Positions 58,301 to 64,000 of a stretch of 64,000 nucleotides of DNA are shown here, piece by piece; within the stretch, counting starts at the first letter, position 1, and each line of letters starts with the position of its first letter. This stretch comes from Ranitomeya imitator. Lineage: Eukaryota. Location of the stretch: the NCBI RefSeq assembly GCF_032444005.1, contig NC_091283.1, forward strand, positions 664,082,001-664,146,000, given 5' to 3'. A program made the translations under genes and the position numbers. A model generated the notes under the pieces. That model was not told the origin of the DNA. It saw nothing but the letters and a program-made list of their open reading frames with translations, and did no database searches.

Positions 58301-59310
58301 TGATTTTTTCAGGTAGAATTTAGAACCCAAATCAAGCAAAAAAATTAATAGGCTTTCTATGGCCCACTGAGTGAGAGATGGCACACACAGGAGTAAGGAG
58401 TGGCACACAAGCCCTGAGGCCAATATTTTTGTCCCACTGATTGATTGATTGATTTTTTCAGGTAGAATTAGGAACCCAAATCAACCCAAAAAATAAATAG
58501 GCTTTCTATGGCCCACTATTTGTGAGAGAGATGGCACGCTCAGGACTGGCACACAAGCCCAGAGGCCAATATTAATCTCCCACTTTTTTTTTTTTTCCAG
58601 GGAAAATTTATAAACCCAATAGAAAAAATAATAATAAATAGGCTTTCTATGGCCCACTATCTGAGAGAGAGAGATGGCACGCTTAGGACTGGCACACAAG
58701 CCCAAAGGCCAATATTAATCTCCCACTGATTGATTGATTGATTTTTTCAGGTAGAATTATGAACCCAAATCAACCAAAAAAATAAATAGGCTTTCTATGG
58801 CCCACTATTTGTGAGAGAGATGGCACGCTCAGGACTGGCACACAAGCCCAGAGGCCAATATTAATCTCCCACTTTTTTTTTTTTTCCAGGGAAAATTTAT
58901 AAACCCAATAAAATAATAAAAAAATAGGCTTTCTATGGCCCACTATCTGAGAGAGAGAGAGATGGCACGCTTAGGACTGGCACACAAGCCCAAAGGCCAA
59001 TATTAATCTCCCACTGATTGATTTATTGATTTTTTCAGGTAGAATTTAGAACCCAAATCAAGCAAAAAAATTAATAGGCTTTCTATGGCCCACTGAGTGA
59101 GAGATGGCACACACAGGAGTAAGGAGTGGCACACAAGCCCTGAGGCCAATATTTTTCTCCCACTGATTGATGTTGTGATTTTTTCTGGTAGATTTTGGAA
59201 CCCAAAACAAGCAAAAAAATAAATAGGCTTTCTATGGCCCACTGAGTGAGAGATGACACAGACAGAGATGGCACTCTAGCAGAAATGTCAATCTTAATCT
59301 CCCACAAAAA
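55400..59310. repeat. Higher-order satellite inside the hAT (about 393 bp x 6, then 140-150 bp monomers)
   Basis: GGGCCCACTGAG recurs at 55571, 55965, 56358, 56751, 57142, 57536 and 57924; length differences lie in poly-T/poly-A runs. Confidence 0.95.
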
Positions 59311-59770
59311 AAAAAAAAAAAAAAAAAGGAACTGTCCTTCAATTACTATCTCCCTGCAGTAATCTCAGCCAGGTATGGCAGGCAGCAATAAGGAGTGGAC
59401 TGATGCACAAATTAAATAAAAAGTGTGGACAAACACACAAGATAGCTGTGCAGAAAGGAAGGAACAAGAGGATTTGTGCTTTGAAAAAAGCAGTTGGTTT
59501 GCACAGCGGCGTACACACAGCAATGCAGCTATCAGGGAGCCTTCTAGGGCAGCCCAATGAGCTACAGCGCTGAGGAAAAAAAAAAAAAAAGGAGCTTCCA
59601 CTGTCCCTGCACACCGAAGGTGGTGTTGGGCAGTGGAAATCGCTACAGCACAAGCGGTTTTGTGGTTAATGGACCCTGCCTAACGCTATCCCTGCTTCTG
59701 ACGAAGCGGCAGCAACCTCTCCCTAAGCTCAGATCAGCAGCAGTAACATGGCGGTCGGCGGGAACTCCCC

Positions 59771-59890
59771 TTTATAGCCCCTGTGACGCCGCAGACAGCA
59801 AGCCAATCACTGCAATGCCCTTCTCTAAGATGGTGGGGACCAGGACCTATGTCATCACGCTGCCCACACTCTGCGTTTACCTTCATTGGC
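59771..59890 (-). promoter_or_regulatory. Candidate inward-facing Pol II promoter at the hAT right end
   Basis: Minus-strand TATAAA at 59776-59771, with CCAAT motifs (about 59803 and 59886) and TGACG half-sites upstream, in a CpG-rich segment. Confidence 0.5.
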
Positions 59891-60753
59891 TGAGAAATGG
59901 CGCTTTTCGCGTCATTGAAACGCGACTTTGGCGCGAAAGTCGCGTACCGCATGGCCAACCACGCACAGGGGTCGGATCGGGTTTCATGAAACTCGACTTC
60001 GCCAAAAGTCGGCGACTTTTGAAAATGTTCGACCCGTTTCGCTCAACCCTAGTGAGAACTGCAAACATTTCTAGGAGAATTAGGTTCTACTCATATTTGC
60101 TCCTCTCTAATGCTTAAGGCCCAATATAAACAGCAATGAGATGTATTGTCTACAGTATACTGCAGCTTTGGTCAGCATCCACTTTTATTAGTGGCTAGGA
60201 AACAGTTCAGTATACTGTGTATCCGGCCATCTAACTTGCTTTTTGCATGCTTGGCAAGGGAGGACATGTCATGGTTGGAACCAGGATCGGACTGGGCATC
60301 TGGCAATTCTGGCAAAAGAAAGGTTTTAATGTTTAAAAGAAGCGAATTAAAAAACTAATATTAATCAAAAAGTATGATTCAGGCGAAACCCCTACTGAAT
60401 CCATTCTCTATAAAGAGGCCGTCACTTTGGACTATGTCTGGCCTCTGTTCTTGCAGTGTCCCATCTATATAGGCATGTTGAAAAGTGCAGTCGATCATAC
60501 TTTTGTGCAAATCCAAAAAGTTGAATGCCACTGGACCAACACCAGAGACGTCATTCTGAAAACCCAATGTAAGTACCAATCAAAAGGTTGGACATGCTTG
60601 TTAATGGCTAGTGGATTTCCTTGTTCTTATTGGAATGTGCAATTTGTAGAATCAGACTGAAGGCAGCAAACCCAAGAAGGGTATGGAAACAAAGAGTAGA
60701 GAAACACATGTGAAACAAGGCAGAATATGTATTAAACCTTAGATTCCTCAAAG

Positions 60754-61943
60754 TAATAATAATAATAATAATAATAATAATTTTATTTATATAGCGCCAA
60801 CATATTCCGCAGCGCTTTACAAATTATAGAGGGGACTTGTACAGACAATAGACATTACAGCATAACAGAAATACAGTTCAAAACAGATACCAGGAGGAGT
60901 GAGGGCCCTGCTCGCAAGCTTACAAACTATGGGGAAAAGGGGAGACACGAGAGGTGGATGGTAACAGTTGCTTTAGTTATTCGGACCAGCTATAGTGTAA
61001 GGCTCAGGTGTTCATGTAAAGCTGCATGAACCAGTTACCTGCCTAAGTATGTAGCAGTACAGACACAGAGGGCTAATACTGCATAAAGTGTATGAGAACA
61101 TGATGCGAGGAACCTTTTTTTTTTTTTTTTTTTTTTATTATAAATAGGCCACACAGGGATCGTTAGGTTAATGCATTGAGGCGGTAGGCCAGTCTGAACA
61201 AATGAGTTTTTAGGGCACGCTTAAAACTGTGGGGATTGGGGATTAATCGTATTAACCTAGGTAGTGCATTCCAAAGAATCGGCGCAGCACGTGTAAAGTC
61301 TTGGAGACGGGAGTGGGAGGTTCTGATTATTGAGGATGCTAACCTGAGGTCATTAGCGGAGCGGAGGGCACGGGTAGGGTGGTAGACTGATACCAGGGAG
61401 GAGATGTAGGGTGGTGCTGAGCCATGGAGTGCTTTGTGGATGAGGGTAGTAGTTTTGTACTGGATTCTGGAGTGGATGGGTAGCCAGTGTAATGACTGGC
61501 ACAGGGTAGAGGCATCGGTGTAACGGTTGGTGAGGAATATGATCCTGGCTGCAGCATTCAGGACAGATTGGAGCGGGGAGAGTTTTGCAAGAGGGAGACC
61601 GATTAGTAGAGAGTTACAATAGTCCAGACGAGAATGAATAAGTGAAACAGTCAGAGTTTTTGCAGAGTCGAAATTAAGAAAAGGGCGAATTCTAGAAATG
61701 TTTTTGAGATGCAGGTAAGAAGAGCGAGCCAGTGATCGGATGTAGGGGGTGAATGAAAGGTCAGAATCAAGGATGACCCCAAGGCAGCGGGCATGTTGCT
61801 TTGGAGTAATGGTGGAACCGCACACGGAGATGGCAATGTCAGGCAAAGGTAGGTTAGTAGAGGGAGAGAACACGAGGAGTTCAGTTTTTGACAGGTTTAG
61901 TTTCAGATAGAGGGAGGACATGATGTTAGAGACAGCGGTAAGA
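60754..61943 (-). mobile_element. L2-clade LINE, 5'-truncated, with (ATT)9 tail
   Basis: Open ORF2 C-terminus 61163-61943 (LKLNLSKTELL...RCLGVILDSDLSF...SRLDYCNSLL...LHWLPI...WNALP...FKRALKTHLF); 3' end GCGCTATATAAATAAAAATT(ATT)n. Confidence 0.94.
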
Positions 61944-61956
61944 ACCATTCTTTTAA

Positions 61957-61997
61957 CCTGAAAAAGGGCTTTTTATAGGCCGAAACATATTCTAGAT
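61957..61997 (+). ncRNA. Degenerate hammerhead-like motif
   Basis: CTGAAAA-AG-GGCTT...AGGCC-GAAA-CATAT; G8 is replaced by A; AATAAA at 62058. Confidence 0.35.
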
Positions 61998-63345
61998 GTC
62001 CACTGGTTTGATTTAACTGCATGTAACTGTGCTTTGTTACATTTTTAACTATTTCTCAATAAAATGTAAGTTTTAAGCAAATAAGACCTCTGAAGGTGCA
62101 GCGGATTCTTCATCGCCGGGTCATACATTTTTTTTCTGGATTCTTTTAACCTGATGACAGCTTTTGGAATTTTCTGAGGCAGCATCATCAGGTAGTCACG
62201 TAGAATGGCTTTTCTACTGAGGTGCTGAGCACTTGTTGGCTGCTTTGTCTTCACTCTGGTGTACTTGGACAAACCCTTCTCATTCCCCATGTTGGTCCCG
62301 TTAAAATAAAAAAACTTATGCTTACCTTCTGTTCCAGCTATGTCGGCACTCGTGTGCCCGAGGCTAACATGAGGTTGTCATGTCACAAGAGCCCTGTGCC
62401 CAACCAGCGCTGGCGTCAATGTTTCTGCCTTCAGACAAATCGAACATCAAGAGGAAGCTAGAGAGAAGCTGCAGTCCTGACTTCGTGTTAATGTTCAATA
62501 CGTTAGGCGGGGGTAGTGAAGCCAGCGCTGATTGGGGCAGGGCATGTGTAGCATAACAACCTCACGTGAGCCACGGCAATGGCCCCGCTGGAAAGACACC
62601 AGCACCAAAGGTGAGTATAGTTGTTTTTATTTTAACAGGGCTAAACATGAGGATTTGAATGGGTTGTCCTTCTTGGTCAGGGATGGAGTGCTGTGTCAGA
62701 TCACATGGCTGCAATACCATCATTTGTTTTGGAAAAGGACAATGACCCAAAACATACCTCACATAACCTTGAGCTTTGTTGTGATTCATTGTCATGTTGA
62801 AACACAAATGATAGTCCGCTGCTTGCAAACCAGATGTGCTGACATGTTGTTGCAGAATTCAGATTATCACAGGTTCAAGTCCCCAATGAAGACTACAAAT
62901 TTCAATAAAAAATAAGAAAAGGGTTTTAAAATAATACAACTTGAAATCGCTTCCCTTTTAACCAAATAAAAAAAATTAAAAATATGTGTATGCGGTATCT
63001 CCTTGTCCATAAATGTCGTTCTATTAAAACAAAATTCATTAACCCGATTGTTTTTTCATTACAGCATTTACCAATATAAATGCCAGTACTGCAGGCTTTT
63101 GGCAGCCACAGAGCCACAAAAAATGCAATGAGGCGATCAATGCGTCCATAAACCCCAAAATGGTATGAATAAAAATGTCAGCTCAAGGCACAAATACAAG
63201 CCCTCACACAGTTCCATCAACTAAAATTTTAAAGTGTTACGGGACTTAGAACATGACAACGAAAGCACATTGTTTCCACCATTTAAATAAAAAACGGCTA
63301 TGCATGTTTGGTATTACAGTAATCGTACTGACCTGGAGAATCATA

Positions 63346-63843
63346 CGTTAGGACTGGCGGAACGCACCGAGTAAATAATAAGGTGCGTTCGCAGTCCGGG
63401 GTCCACCGTGCAGGAGAGAACCCGCTGCTGGGAAATGGCGGCACTATATGACGGTGGAAACGAACTCTGTTACGTCACAGAGCCGCAGTACCGCACCAAG
63501 AGCACAAGTAAGAAGTCACAGAACCCAATTCCAAGACACGAGATTGGGTTTGTCTAGACCACTTGCGCTCGACACCACAACTGGGTGTCAGAATAAACTT
63601 AAGTAATTAGTAGCACAAGAGTGCGAGCAGTGCCGCACTGGCGGACGCCACTAACCACCCAGGCTTGGATTGGAAAGCGCTTTAATAACGCATGGCGCCG
63701 CTCTGGCGGTCACAGCAATAGACGCTGTAACGTGTGTTTAGTGCTGAGACGTTGTAAGTTATGCTTAATGCTAATAGCTCAGCCGGGCGCTAGATAGCAT
63801 ACATCCACCTTTTGCGAACAGTCATACACAAGGGAGGGGATGT
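63346..63843 (-). mobile_element. Family B LTR, interrupted
   Basis: CGTTAGGACTGGCGGAACGCACC is homologous to the start of 23836; homology stops at TTAA 63844-63847. Confidence 0.85.
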
Positions 63844-63847
63844 TTAA

Positions 63848-64000
63848 CCCCTTCAAGACCCAGCCTATTTTGACCTTAAAGACCTTGCCGTTTTTTGCAA
63901 TTCTGACCAGTGTCCCTTTATGAGGTAATAACTCAGGAACGCTTCAACGGATCCTAGCGGTTCTGAGATTGTTTTTTCGTGACATATTGGGCTTCATGTT
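63848..64000. mobile_element. Left end of a piggyBac-like element inserted in the LTR; runs off the window
   Basis: TTAA|CCCCTTCAAGACC...; resembles 24811-24960. Confidence 0.78.

Larger units (their letters stand above)
46783..60051 (-). mobile_element. Full-length autonomous-looking hAT transposon, 13,269 bp
   Basis: 13-bp TIRs TAGAGTTGAGCGA / TCGCTCAACCCTA (1 mismatch); perfect 8-bp TSD GTGAGAAC (46775-46782, 60052-60059); internal hAT transposase. Confidence 0.97.

Noticed and set aside
55679-59307. Repeated 60-116 aa ORFs (MEPKSSKK..., MTDDAHRS...)
   Set aside because: Satellite translations broken by variable homopolymer runs.
60457-60568. Plus-strand exon-like segment (ttcttgcag ... 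AAT|gtaagt, one open frame)
   Set aside because: The peptide is not recognisable, has no partner exons, and such signals occur often by chance.

Overview
Eukaryotic, repeat-dense vertebrate DNA. The transposon repertoire points to a frog genome, which is an inference I cannot verify. The only recognisable host gene is an SLC43 amino-acid transporter on the minus strand, best matching slc43a1/LAT3. Its four coding exons are 41707-41860, 37163-37382, 32830-32885 and 23031-23107; they join in frame, and I found no next exon in the remaining 23 kb of the window. Most other sequence is mobile DNA. (1) A nearly intact Ty3/gypsy chromovirus (1-5250) has one nonsense codon. Its primer-binding site does not look tRNA-like and is complementary to its own predicted transcript start, suggesting Tf1/sushi-type self-priming. 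(2) A multi-layer nest runs CR1 > Tc1 > solo LTR > solo LTR plus Helitron-like element carrying a 2-kb minisatellite. (3) A 13.3-kb hAT element (46783-60051) has a perfect 8-bp TSD, an uninterrupted 1189-aa BED-finger transposase and three internal satellite arrays. (4) There are several MITEs, Helitron-like elements, a piggyBac-like element with telomere-like repeats and a 425-bp-arm palindrome, and a young L2 fragment. (5) Three degenerate Penelope-type hammerhead ribozyme motifs are present. No rRNA, tRNA or CRISPR features were seen. All coordinates were counted by hand; element edges without a TSD are approximate.
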